Part shown: positions 38,288-49,681 of the stretch, piece after piece | Numbering within the stretch: position 1 is the stretch's first letter | Layout: every line of letters starts with the position of its first letter | Source of the DNA: Tricharina praecox | Taxonomy: Eukaryota | DNA: 64,000 nucleotides | NCBI RefSeq assembly: GCF_024521635.1 | Contig: NW_026250403.1 | Location: 62,001 to 126,000, forward strand | Direction of reading: 5' to 3' | Program-made: the position numbers and the translations under genes | The notes under the pieces: model-generated | Databases searched by the model: none | What the model was told of the DNA's origin: nothing | The model's input: the letters and a program-made list of their open reading frames with translations, nothing else

Positions 38288-39093
38288 TACTGGGTATAGA
38301 CTAGACGAATGGACGAATGGTAAGCCAGGCGAATATAATATAACAGAATAGATATGCGTTCTTCGCCAGCAGTGACTGTGGTGCTCACTGCTCTGTTGGT
38401 CCGTTTCGACATGTACTGATGATAGAATGCGCTGGAAGTTGGAATTTCACTCCCTCGGGCGTTTTGATTTCGGTCGTAGGATTGCCGTCGGAAGAACAGA
38501 ACAGCAGCCGGAGGTCAGGACCGTGTCGATAGTATGCAAGATTTACGGACCAGTAATGCAGTGCTGTGATAGAGGTGATATCTTTGTGGTGGTGGTATTG
38601 TCCGGCGGCCGGTAGCTACTTAAAGTACCTAGCATTGAGAGGCGCGAAGGAAGAGGCAGCCTGGCGTCATCGGTGAGTGCCGAAGAAGCGGGACCTTGTC
38701 GGATCTGGGTGGGACCAACTGTTGGAGGAGCGAGACCTTGCCGGGACCTGGTGAGACCAGCTGTCATGGAGGGGATGTCAAGTGTTTCTGACGGGAGACC
38801 CGATGTGATCGTTCAACGTTTAACTGTTTTTGCTGTCATTATTTCTGTTCGTCCTGCTCGTCTTGTTTTCTTATCATCATCATCATCCACTAAGAATTCT
38901 AGTCTAATTGATCACGTTTTGTTCCTCGCCCGTTATTGGGTCTCTCACTAGGTCGACACAACTACTCGCGGATAGCCAGATCTGAATTCCTAGCCCCAGA
39001 TCTGCAATCGACTCAGATTCACGATGATCGAACATCTCAGATTCCCAGGTTCCCAGATCAAGGTTGCTTCTTCGCAATTAACTAAGGTACTGA

Positions 39094-39210
39094 CTAGTGC
39101 TATGGAGAGACCTAGTGCTATGGAGAGACCTAGTGCTATGGAGAGACGGAATGAGATGCCAGATATCCAGATGCCAGATGCCAGATGCCAGATGCCAGAT
39201 GCCAGATGCC
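39094..39210. repeat. 18-bp repeat (CTAGTGCTATGGAGAGAC) x3 followed by (GATGCCA)n
   Basis: Read directly. Confidence 0.9.
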
Positions 39211-40165
39211 CAGCAGCCGGCTGTGCCCCACTGCTCCTGCTCCTGCTGGCCACCCGGTGGGCCGGTGGTGGGAAGCACTTTGTTTTGACTTTCGACGAGG
39301 ACCTAGCGATTGGATTCGCATGAGCAACTGACTACTAGGTAGCAGGTGGAGAGCATACTACGGCCAAGGAAATTGTTGCACCTAACAAGAATCACAATCC
39401 TCATCCTCCGTACTCGCGCCATCAGAGCTACAGGTACTATGCAATCAATCAGGAGCCCTTCGAGCTGTAGGTATATGGTATCATTGCCTTTTCTCCCTTC
39501 ACTCGTACGAGTACCGGTAGGTAGCTCACAGCCAGCCAAGACCAAGATTTCCAGGCGTCTGTCCTCTTGGCAATGGCATCGCAGATCATCTTACCCGATC
39601 TCATTTGACAGAGCGGGAATCGCTCGCCCAACCCGCACAGGCTTAAGTTTTAACTTAGGGTGCTGGCTTGCCCGCTTTTTCCACCCCGCAAAATGCAAGG
39701 CACTGCGTCATTCCGGCCAACCCGACCCAGGGATCGAAAGAAAAAGAAAAGGCGAGTCATGACGTTCACTCTACATACGGCGGAGAGGCCGATCGCCGCT
39801 ACCTTGTTGGCTACGAAATCAAGCCACGACGATGCGGCGATACGTCCCAACCGCATGGAAATTTTGACGTAGCTCCAGCTAATCGTACAGTACGTACCCG
39901 TCAAGGGCCTACTTTGACGTAGGCGTGATGATGATGTGCGGAACGCTCTGCCGGATGGCCACAAAGACATCACCCCAAAAGGACGAGCGCGGAATTGGTG
40001 GTTCACATGGAGAAAGAGAGGTCTTTCCTTTCGCCTGAGGATTTTGAAGTTCGAACTCAACCTCATCACATCATCAGAAACCTGAAGGAGATTCCCCGAA
40101 TACCGAATACCAAATACCAAATACCGAATACCGAAAACAATCATCGGGCCAGTCAGCCAGCAACG

Positions 40166-42337
40166 ATGTTGGTGATCCTCCTCCCCTCGACCGTCATCCT
40201 CGCAGTCGCAGCCTTCATCTTCTTTGAGCGTCTGCACCTGCGACAGATCCTTGCCATCGTCCGCCACCGCCGCAACTCCGATATCGAGGAGAAGCTGCTT
40301 CCTCGGTCCTCGCCAGGTCCCTCGCATCAGCAGACGAAACCGAAACCGAAATCACCACTGCAGCAGCAGGTCGTCGCAGAGAAGGCGCTGTACCATGCCC
40401 TCCAGAACGTCGGGGACCACCCAGAATCTATTCCCGTCGCCCGGCGGCGGCTGCTGGAGTTGTTGGATCACACCGTGGAACAGACGCTGAAGGCGCCGGA
40501 AACATCGATTCTCTCCGTCTCCGAATTCTCACCCAAGGCGTTGAAGGACTTCCTGCAGAGCGCCGAGGATGCTACATCGGCCCGGTTTACTGCATACCTC
40601 GCCCGCCGGAAGAGTGGCGGGACACGGGAGATGTTTCCCGACCGCGAGTACGCCGAGTACTGGGCGCGGCAATCTGCGCCGGTAAAGTACGCCGACGGCT
40701 CTTGGCTCGGCGGAATCCACCGCATCGACACAGCAGCGCACCACCGCCGCTGGTCGAAAACCGGCTGGCAGGTGCTGAGCGAAGAGCTCGGCGACGGCGA
40801 TCTGGAGAAGAACCACGTGTTTGTGTACGAGAAGCTCGTGAACAGCATCTGCGATATTGGGCGGGGCGACGAAGCGCGGTTCATCGATCCATGTGTGAAT
40901 CCGAATAGCGATGCGAGGGTGTGGACGGCGGCCGTCTCGCAACTGGCCATCTCCCAGTGCGCGGACGAGTTCCTGCCTGAGGTCCTCGGCTTCAATATGG
41001 CCTACGAAGCTCTGCCGTACCACCTCCTCGTCACGATCCACGAGTTCCGCGAGCTGCGGCTGGATGCGTACTACTTCCTCCTGCACGTCGTCATTGACAA
41101 CAGCGACACCGGGCACGCCGCGATGGGCCGGGAAGCGGTAGTCGGCCTAGTAGAATCAGCACGGACCCCGGAGGAGCGCGAGGAGCTCTGGCGGCGGGTG
41201 CAAGCCGGCTTCATTCTTGCGGAGACGCTGCCGACCACGCCCACGCCGCCCTCCGAGGCGACCACCCGCGTGCTCCAGATCTTCAAGCAGAAAACGGTGA
41301 CGGCGCAGCCAATGCACGCCTGCTGTCCGGCGAAGGTTTCGGGCAAGACGCTGTCGCAGTGGCTGGACCCGGCGGCCTACAGCAGCCACAGCATGGACTT
41401 CCTGCAGGGCCTCGCGGACTCGCGCTGGATCGTCCGCGGCAATCCGAGCGGGAGCAAGCTCCTCCGCGAGCTGAAATGGGGAGGCCGCATGTTCGGTGCG
41501 TTCACCGCGAACGAGGTGGAAGCCCTCGAGGCGTGGATCTGCGAACTCGACGACGCCAGCTACCTCGTCCCGAGCTCCACCCCGAACCCCTCCAACGCCT
41601 ACAAAACATTCACCCGCCGCCGGCACCACGACAGAAACCGGTACTTCCCACCACCGCAGCCCGTCCCCGTCCTCCCCACGCCCAGCACGCCCCCACCCCA
41701 CCCCCCAAACCACATCTTAGATATCCCCCTCCCCCTCCCCACCCCCATCCTCCACCCCCGCCTGCCTACCCTTCTCACCGCCACCGCAGCACCATTTGAG
41801 CACCTCCCCGCACACAGCGTAAAGATCGCAACACCGCACGGCATGGCCGCGATCAAGGTACTACGGGCACTATACGGCTTCCTGCCCGAGACCGCGTATG
41901 TAGCGGGAATGGACGAGGTAGTCCGCTCTGCCTCCGCGAGCGAGGGCGTAGTCGAGATTGCGCAGCGCTTATCAGGACAAGACAAAAACGGCGGCGTCCC
42001 AACCCCGGAGGAGGACCCGGTTGCGAGTCTGGTGCTGCAGCTCTCCCGCTCTCCCGAAAGGAACTGGTGGGAGCTGGTGGGCGTACAGGCCGCGCTGCTG
42101 GCGCTGCTGAAAAGGCGGGAACTGTGGCAAACAATGGGCGTTGCGGATGAGTTACAGGCCATTGTGGGGAGGTGCCAAAATGCGCTGAGGCCCGTGTTGA
42201 TGGAGGAGCAGGCGGATGTGGCGAGGGTGTGGAGGGGGTATTGCGCTGTTGTACAGGGGCTGGCGGGGGATCAGGAGGATGAGGATGAGGATGGGGAGGA
42301 TGAGCGGGAGGAGAGTGCAGATATGGAGCGGGTGTAA
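40166..42337 (+). CDS. Heme-oxygenase-like diiron oxidase (iron-containing redox enzyme family) with N-terminal membrane anchor, intronless, 723 aa
   Basis: ATG at 40166 followed by hydrophobic MLVILLPSTVILAVAAFIFF. Motifs QSAP.KY.DGSWL, SEELGDGDLEKNH..VY, FLPEVLGFN.AYE.LP, ELRLDAYYF.LHVVIDN..TGHA and GGRMFGAFT..E...L..WI. Confidence 0.88.
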   Translation: MLVILLPSTVILAVAAFIFFERLHLRQILAIVRHRRNSDIEEKLLPRSSPGPSHQQTKPKPKSPLQQQVVAEKALYHALQNVGDHPESIPVARRRLLELLDHTVEQTLKAPETSILSVSEFSPKALKDFLQSAEDATSARFTAYLARRKSGGTREMFPDREYAEYWARQSAPVKYADGSWLGGIHRIDTAAHHRRWSKTGWQVLSEELGDGDLEKNHVFVYEKLVNSICDIGRGDEARFIDPCVNPNSDARVWTAAVSQLAISQCADEFLPEVLGFNMAYEALPYHLLVTIHEFRELRLDAYYFLLHVVIDNSDTGHAAMGREAVVGLVESARTPEEREELWRRVQAGFILAETLPTTPTPPSEATTRVLQIFKQKTVTAQPMHACCPAKVSGKTLSQWLDPAAYSSHSMDFLQGLADSRWIVRGNPSGSKLLRELKWGGRMFGAFTANEVEALEAWICELDDASYLVPSSTPNPSNAYKTFTRRRHHDRNRYFPPPQPVPVLPTPSTPPPHPPNHILDIPLPLPTPILHPRLPTLLTATAAPFEHLPAHSVKIATPHGMAAIKVLRALYGFLPETAYVAGMDEVVRSASASEGVVEIAQRLSGQDKNGGVPTPEEDPVASLVLQLSRSPERNWWELVGVQAALLALLKRRELWQTMGVADELQAIVGRCQNALRPVLMEEQADVARVWRGYCAVVQGLAGDQEDEDEDGEDEREESADMERV

Positions 42338-42558
42338 AGACGTGGGCGTGTTGATCATGCTAATTGGAGGATGTGTTTGAAGTGTTATTTATTTGTGTCC
42401 AAGTGACATCTATGATCTAGGTAGTCTATAGTACCGTACTCCGTATAACCCAAGAAGAAAGCAACCTGCGCTTTCGTCTATATCTATAATTTTCCCTTCC
42501 CCGACCCGGTCTGGTTATCCAACCAAGGCCCCGCGTAGAACCTACCATCCTCTCCCCG

Positions 42559-43453
42559 CTACTTCTGCGTCTGTGTCTGCTCCGTACTCCCATACGACCT
42601 CACCAGCGGCGGCGGACAAATCTTCGCTGCCAGCTCTCCCATCCCTCCCGCTCCCGCCCCACCAGCCCCCCTAACCCCGCCCCCATTCCCGTTTCTTTTA
42701 TCCCCCGCGGCCTCCAAATCTGCAAGCTCCCCGTCCGCCTTCCTTGTGCGGCTCTCGTACCACCTCCAGCTGCCGATCGTCACCGCCATCAGCGCCGACA
42801 GCAGCAGCAGGAACACCATCAGTCGGTACTTGAACTGGCTTAGAGATTTGCCCTGGATGAATTCTACGCCGAAGAGGCCCTGCGAGATTGTTAGTTGGGA
42901 CTGAAAAAGAAGAGGGGGGGAGGAAAACGTACGGCAGCAAAGGTTGGTGGTAGGTACACCATTGTGACCACCGTGATCGTCTTCATCGACCGCGTGTACT
43001 CGGCCGCCTTCTCCTGCAGGCCGCGCATGAGGTTGTTGTCATGTGAGACTAACATGCTGGGGACCAGCGTAGCCAAGCTCTCACACACCCTAAGCAGAGT
43101 CATGACCCTATCCCTATGTTGCGCCGTTCTCATTCCATGCCTCTGTAGCGCAGCCTCGAACATTTCAAACTCCTTGTCCCCCGCGAGTTTTGCCGCTGAG
43201 GCCGCGGAGGCCGCGCTGAGCCGTCGGAACTCGGCGAACCCCGCGCTCATCGACGCGATGATGTACTCGTTCATCCCCAGGAAGTTGTACAGCTCCAGCA
43301 GCTTGCTGCGTTGCCGCGCCAGGCGCTGCGCGTCGTCTAGTGCGCTAGATTTTTGCAGGTTGGCGGAGGGAGCGCGGGAAGGGGCGCTGCTGCTGATGCA
43401 GGTTTTGAGTTTCTGTGGCGGGGGTTAGCGGGGGAGGTAAGATGGCAGCGGGG

Positions 43454-43494
<41 letters not shown>

Positions 43495-44599
43495 GCGGCT
43501 TGCCAGTAGGTGGTTCTCCTGCTCCAGGTGGTTGATGTACTCCGCCCAGCTCTCGTCCGCGCACGACAGCTGCAGCAGGTGGATATCGAGGTCGCTCCGT
43601 CGGGTGGCCGAGGCGCTGTCGGCCTGCACTAGGTCCTCCAGCTGCTCCCAGAATTCGTCGGATGGGTGCACGTTCATCCACACTGATCGCTGGCTCGATG
43701 GATAGTACTTCATCCATACCCCCGTCTTGCGTGTGGCGAACCGGAACTTCTCAGTGGGCATGTTGGACTCCGTCTTGGTCACGTACTTGAGGTTGTAGCA
43801 AACCTCTGTGGAGCCTGTTAGCTATATGTACCGCGTAGAAGAACATCACACCGCCAACCTACCAAAGAAAGGCTCAGGAGCTCCGACGTCTTCTCCATCA
43901 GCGTCCGGCGCCGGTAGATGACAGTGCTGTCTATAAATCCCAAAGTTCTCGTTCTCCTCCCAGATCTTCTGGCCAAAAGTGTAGAGAATCTCGAGGAACC
44001 CGGGGAAGACAGCAAGGTACGAGAGGATCTTCAGCAGTGCTTCCCGACACACCGGGAGGTAGCCGAAAGAACCGTTTGGTGTGATCGTGCTGGTCCGTGG
44101 TCTCAGCGGGGTTTTCTGGCGGAAGGATCGGGGCAGGGGGAGGAAATATAGTACATACATGAATGTAGACGTCGACGCGGCTGTGGCGCCCTCCAGCATG
44201 GACTCCACGCCCTCCACGCTATCGTGTTCGGCATACTCGATCTGGTCGCACTTCTCCCCGTCTAGTTGCCATTAGTTAGCAGTGGCTCCACATCACAGAT
44301 CGGGCAGAGAGCAGACCTTGCGAGTACCGCACAGTAATCGAGTCAACATCCGCCTGCTTCTCATCACCGACCAGCAATCGTCCCGAAGACATTTCTTTGG
44401 CGAGGCGCCGTGCATGTCGCTTGATGTTTGACTCCACGGGGTTGTAGTTCACGGCACTGAGGCTTTCCGGGTAGCTCTCCCACCGTACTGGCGGCGGGTT
44501 TGTCAATGTGAGCCCTGAAGCGGAGCGGTGTAGTGGCGATCCTGGAGGCGAGAGTGAGTGGCTAGTAGGCGCCTCGTGTACGCCTGCTGGGTTGGCCAT
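42559..44599 (-). CDS. Fungal CorA-like (2-TM) metal transporter-family protein; introns 44262-44316, 44090-44158, 43806-43862, 43413-43503 (GC-AG), 42880-42932
   Basis: Six exons splice in frame. V.P.FLE..YTFG.K, EVCYNLKYV, R.TGVW, IHL......W..YI..LE, and MKTITVVTMVYLPPTFAAGLFGVEF followed by a second TM helix. Confidence 0.85.
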
Positions 44600-45031
44600 G
44601 GCAGAGACTGGAGGTTGGTGAACTGGTTGGTGTGTGGGAGTGTTGGAGGGTCGGTTGTGTTGTTGCTGTTGTGTTTCTTTTGTTCTTAGCTACGGGATTC
44701 ATGTCTTATATCTAAGAGGTTCCAGTAATACAGTCTTCGAGGAGGGGAGGGAGGGAGGCTCGTACAGTCAGTCAGTCAGCCTGGCCCGGCGTCAAAGCAG
44801 GCAGGTGTTTTTTCCCATGCAAGCCTTCCCCAAAAGACACTGGCGTGGAAAAGCAGCTGCGACAGCACGATGAAGGTGGAGGCTAGATACGACGGGCTCG
44901 CCAGCAGCCAGCACGATTGGGGCTGCGCACAAGGAGGCGTCCACCGACGACGAAGCAAAAATCCCACACACCTCCCTCAGGATTGATCCATATCTAATCA
45001 TTCGCGATGAGGCCGCTAAACCACATCCATA

Positions 45032-45109
45032 CGCTACCTCATACCTGTTCCAGCCTGATTTCCCACCATGCGCTACCTCATACCTGCTCCAGCCTGATTT
45101 CCCACCATG
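45032..45109. repeat. 39-bp tandem duplication, one mismatch
   Basis: CGCTACCTCATACCTG(T/C)TCCAGCCTGATTTCCCACCATG x2, upstream of the CorA-like gene. Confidence 0.9.
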
Positions 45110-46779
45110 CGGCCTGTTGAGCTGGAAGCCCAGGAAGCCCAGGAAGCAGGGCCTGAGATTCGAGAAGGCGTGCCATCGGCGGAAGATTATTTTCATGAGC
45201 TGTTGAGCGCCGATGGCCTAGACGGCGGGCTGTCAATGCAGGTCGCTATCATCCACGCATGCACGGCTAGACGCACTACCGTAGAGTAACCAGTTAGCAC
45301 CGAAACCTCGCTGGTGGGAGTCTGAGAGAGCCTTCCACGCGGGAGCCTTGCGGCGATCAGTTCGTGTTTTCAACTACGGCCAGCCAGTGGGCGAAACGAC
45401 ACGGAGTGCTCAACGTACCTTGTGTGCCCAGCTTTCTGCGAGGCGGCTGAGCGCCTGAGATCGCGAGTCTGAGCGCCTGGGTAAGAATGGGAGGTCGAAA
45501 CACTGCCTGCTGGGCCTTCGTTTCGTCGCCGAACAAAGAGAATACAGTGCCTTGGACGAGCGCGCCGGTCGCTGGTGGCTGTTCTCGGCCTCGAGGCTCG
45601 AGCTCCGTTGAGATTTCGCCCTCGCGCATCCAGGCTGTCCTCTATGCCTCCTAGATCACCTGCGCCGAACATTGCGCTCGAGGATGTTCGGGGCCGAGTG
45701 GCCTTCTCCGCTTAGAAGCCAACGTCGTGAGAATCGTGTATCATCCCCGTCCCCGTCCTCGCCCCACCAAAAAAAAAACAGTCGTCCGTGACGCCATCAC
45801 GCTAGGAATCCCGATTCAATTCGATTCCAATCCAATCCAATTCGATTTTAATCCACACCGACAGTTCCAAGCATGGATGTTACCCCGGCTAGGGCCGGGG
45901 AATATTCCGCCCACCCTTCTAGAACGCTTCGATACGAGTAGAAGCCTGCAGCCTGCAGGTCCTGAAGATGTCATCGTTATCGACATACGAGGTATGATAG
46001 TAGATGGGTAGCCTGATCTCCAGCTCATCCAGGAACCTGGGCGACAACTTACAGCGCAGATGTTGTTCTAGAAGACTACCTAGAAGCATCGCAAAAGTGT
46101 CGATTCGAAGCTCAACTGTTCAAGCCTGGCTGATGTGGATGTGCACTGCTGCAGGTGCAGGTGGATCCTGGTGCACGCTCACTCACATGAACTAGGTAGG
46201 CGTAATAGTAGATGCTGCTATAGATAAGGCTGGAGATACTTATGGGGGGGGAGGGGAAGGTGCTGTCAGGCCTTACATATAAGTAAAAACTTATGAAAGC
46301 CTGAGGCTCACCGCTCGACTCATGCGCCGGTGTCGGTGTGCCACGACGCGGAAGGTTACTGGCCGCCGGTCGGCATTTCGCTTCGTGTGCTTCGCCCCCC
46401 TCACCAGGCTCCGGCTCGTGCGACCTTCTTGCATACGTTGACATGTCACTGGCCGGTTTTGTCGGGCTGCATACAGGTGGGTTATGTGGGTTAGGGCTTC
46501 ATGGGGGATCACTCGGAAATGTGCTCAGCGGCCAGCGTTTGGGGCCAGGCTGCAGCCCGGTCCAGCACGGCCTGGTGGGCCTGATGGGCCTGATAGGCGC
46601 TGTGGGTGGACACCTGATATGGCAAATAATGGACTGACACTCGCTGTGCTCAAGCGACCTCGCACATGGTTACATTACACAAGTACTGTCTCAAAAACCC
46701 TCGACATAACCAACTATCACCCACGCACACATGTCCCCCATCCCCCCATCCTCTCCCACCCATCAAATCACCCTTATTC

Positions 46780-48038
46780 CTATTTCACCTCCGTAGCCTC
46801 CGTAACCTTTGCTCCCTGCTTCTCAACATCACCCAGCGGTGGCGACTCGCTGCCCGACGGCGAGGCGGGCGCCTCGCGCGCCTTCATGAACGGATACCTG
46901 CCGTTGCGCTCCTCGAAACGCATGATGATGAACCACGCCGACACTACGATCCAGTAGAAATTGTACGTCAGCACTGAGCCGTAGGTGGCGGAGTTCTGCC
47001 AGCCCAGGACTGAAGTTGCAGTTAGTAGATTGTCGGACACGGGGGAGGGGGTGGGGAGAGGGAAAGGGAAGGGGAGGGATGCGTACTGGCGTAAAATACT
47101 CCCCAGCCGCCGCCGCCGTTAAATTTGGGCGAGCAGCAGTTGATGTGCCAGACGTTGTGGTGGATGTTGTAGCTGCCCGGGCCCGCACCGGATTCGGATA
47201 CTTCGCCGCCGGCGGCTTTGGCAAACTAGGTGGGCAGGCAGGCTGTGTCAGCAGGAAAGGGCAACTATCAGCCTGGCGATGTAGGTATATACACACCTCA
47301 TACATATCGAAGCTCCAAGCAGCCTTGCTCAGCAATCCTGCGGCGACGAGGTACAGCACCACAGTACTAGCAATCAAGAACCACTTTATGCCAACTGTGA
47401 CGCCACCGCGGTAGACCATCCAGCCAATGACGGATCCGGCAATGAGCGCAGTGATGACTGGGAGCGGGAACGCGGACGCGGGTTCAGAGAGCCCAATGCC
47501 GCCGACGAACACGACAGCCTCAACGCCCTCTCTCAGCACGGTGACCAGCGGCAAGATAAACATAGCATAGCTCCTGGGCTTCGCCTTGAGTCCCCTCTCT
47601 CCCTTCGCCATCATCTTCGCTCGCCAGCTCTCCTGCTTCTTGCTGATCCTTAGGATCATGGCGCCAACAAGCGTGATTATTATCGACGCGAGAAGTGAGA
47701 AGATCCCCTCGTATAGGTCCTCACTCTTGGACCATAGCTCGCGCTTCCGCAGACTATAGAACGCCCCGATTATTCCTGCGCCGACGACCAGGCAGATCAG
47801 CAGGCCTGCGATCGTCCCAGCCCATACTTGGCGCACGAGCCGTTTGTGCAGCGCCGGGTCGGAGCCCACGGTGTGCTTGAGCAGCGAGAGGAGGATCCCA
47901 ACGACGAGAGACGTCTCGAACGTCTCGCGGAAGACGATGAAGAAGACTGGAAGTGTCAGTGCCCGGACGGGTTCGATGGGAGAGCGCAAGGGGATTGGGG
48001 CGGCAGTTACCCGGAACGGTGAATACGTTCTTCCCCAT
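46780..48038 (-). CDS. ftr1: High-affinity iron permease; introns 47947-48010, 47226-47296, 47010-47086
   Basis: MGKNVFTVP/VFFIVFRETFE and TVLREGVEAVVF (two RExxE motifs), YLVAAGL.SKA, GPGSY, VWHINCC, LGWQNSATYGSV. Confidence 0.97.
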
Positions 48039-48990
48039 GACGGTGGATCGGAATGGAAGTGATCTCTGGGAGGTTGCACGGGAGGAGGGAGGATTGGAGG
48101 ATATCCAGCAGCAGTTGCGATACGGAGCTCTGGGAGGGGCGCTGGAGACCCAGCTATGTAAGTAGAGTAAGCAGGTCGGTCGGACGGCAGGGTGGGACCA
48201 CAGCGCTCTCCATCCATTTCCCAGCGGTGTACGAACACAGCGTGCGTGCCCCCCCATCCACCCTCCTCCCCCTCCCCCTCCCCCGCCAGTTCGGACCACG
48301 GTAGATCTTTCCCACCTGCCACGGAGCGGGACTTTCCGACACGGTCCAGAGGAGGTGAAAAGCGCAATGACACATAACTCGCTTGATCGTGAATCTGAGT
48401 GGATGGAGAAGCGGCCGCACAGGAGGACCCCACTCTCTCCATCGGTATGCCCCTCGATTTCGGATGCTCCAGCCAATGCGATGCAGCATCAATAGGCGAG
48501 AAATGGAGAAGAAGAAACACCTCTTGTGGGCTGATATATGCAGTCGTGTGTGCCGCCTCTGGCTCCACACTGCGGGGAAGGAAGGCCTATGGTACTACTA
48601 GTAACAAACTGTAGGGGTGGCGGGAAAGAGGGCCAGAAGTGTTGGCCTACGGAGACGGACGGGTGCACGCGGGTTCGGAGCTTCTTCGCTCGGAGGCTAG
48701 AGAATTATTCTTCATCCGAAGGCTGAAGAATTCTTTGTTCGAAGGCTGTAGAAATCCCATTCCTTCCCGTCAACACCAAAAGTTGTCGCGAACCCATCCA
48801 TCGATTCTCAAGCGCCGCCATCTCCAGCAGAAACACCGTCTCCGAACGACAAGCAACGACAAGCATTGGCAAGCATTGACAAGCATTGACAAGCCTCACC
48901 AAGCCGCGACAAGCTTTCTTAGAGTGCTTCGCACGATTACCGCTAATTTAATCATAGTTAGAGGATCTCATTCGCTTCCGAGAAACGAAA

Positions 48991-49145
48991 TTATCACCCC
49001 ACTGCTGATACTGCAGAGCACCATCCTTGCATCTGATAGCGTTGATAGCGTTCTGTTGTCTGATCTGACGATTGCATGCATCTGCATGATTGGCCAAGGC
49101 GGACGTCAATCATGTCATCAGATATGTAATAGTATCATCAGATAA
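48991..49145. promoter_or_regulatory. Cluster of iron-responsive GATA (SreA/Urbs1/Fep1-type) sites in the ftr1-fet3 bidirectional promoter
   Basis: ATCAGATAA 49137-49145 (full ATCWGATAA consensus), ATCAGATA 49117, ATCTGATA 49031, plus TTATCA 48991 and CTGATA 49005. Confidence 0.8.
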
Positions 49146-49681
49146 CCCAATGCTTATTGGTGGCAAGCCACCGGCATTTCTCGCATTTTCTCAAGGAGCG
49201 CCCAGAGCTGAATGTCGCGAATGCAGCTGGGAAGACCGGCGACTCGTAGCGGGCGCGCGTATGACTGGATGGTTTCATTCTGTCCACGTTACGTCCAAGT
49301 GGGGGAGGGGGAGGGGGGCTCGAGGAGGGGGAGGGAGAGTTGGAGGTGGCCGTGCAAGGATGGTATTTTTTTCAAGTCTGACGATTTGGGTCCACTGGTC
49401 TCGAGGAACGGGACAATCCGGTCTTGGGGGGTTGCGCATGGCATGTGGCTGTCGAAGCAGATGGTACCAGGCGGGTGGAGGCCGGTCTTCTGCGGCTGGA
49501 TGCTGCGTCCCATATGATATAGTTCTCGCAACCGGTGTTCGTTTCTGCGGGAAAAGGTCGGTCAGTAACTGGGTTTTCTGATTGTCCTGGTTGTCCTGAT
49601 TGTCCTACTTGCCTGCTTGTCTGCTTGCCCTCCTCCTCCTCCTCCTCCTCCTCCTCCTCCTCCTCCTCCTCCTCCATCACG

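Noticed and set aside
39925-40040. Possible C/D box snoRNA (ATGATGA...CTGA)
   Set aside because: No convincing terminal stem or 10-nt or longer rRNA guide that I could identify.
39995-40165. N-terminal extension of the HDO ORF
   Set aside because: TTG start and (ATACCRA)n repeat-derived sequence. ATG 40166 before the hydrophobic anchor is more plausible, though an in-frame ATG near 40007 exists.
3992-42337. APAH + HDO as one polyamine-hydroxamate biosynthetic cluster
   Set aside because: The genes are 35 kb apart with unrelated genes between, and no synthetase or acyltransferase is present in the window.
46829-48568. 579-aa ORF as the full FTR1 protein
   Set aside because: It reads through the promoter and in-frame intron 1. 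The conserved start is MGKNVF at 48038 and the C-terminus needs two more splices.
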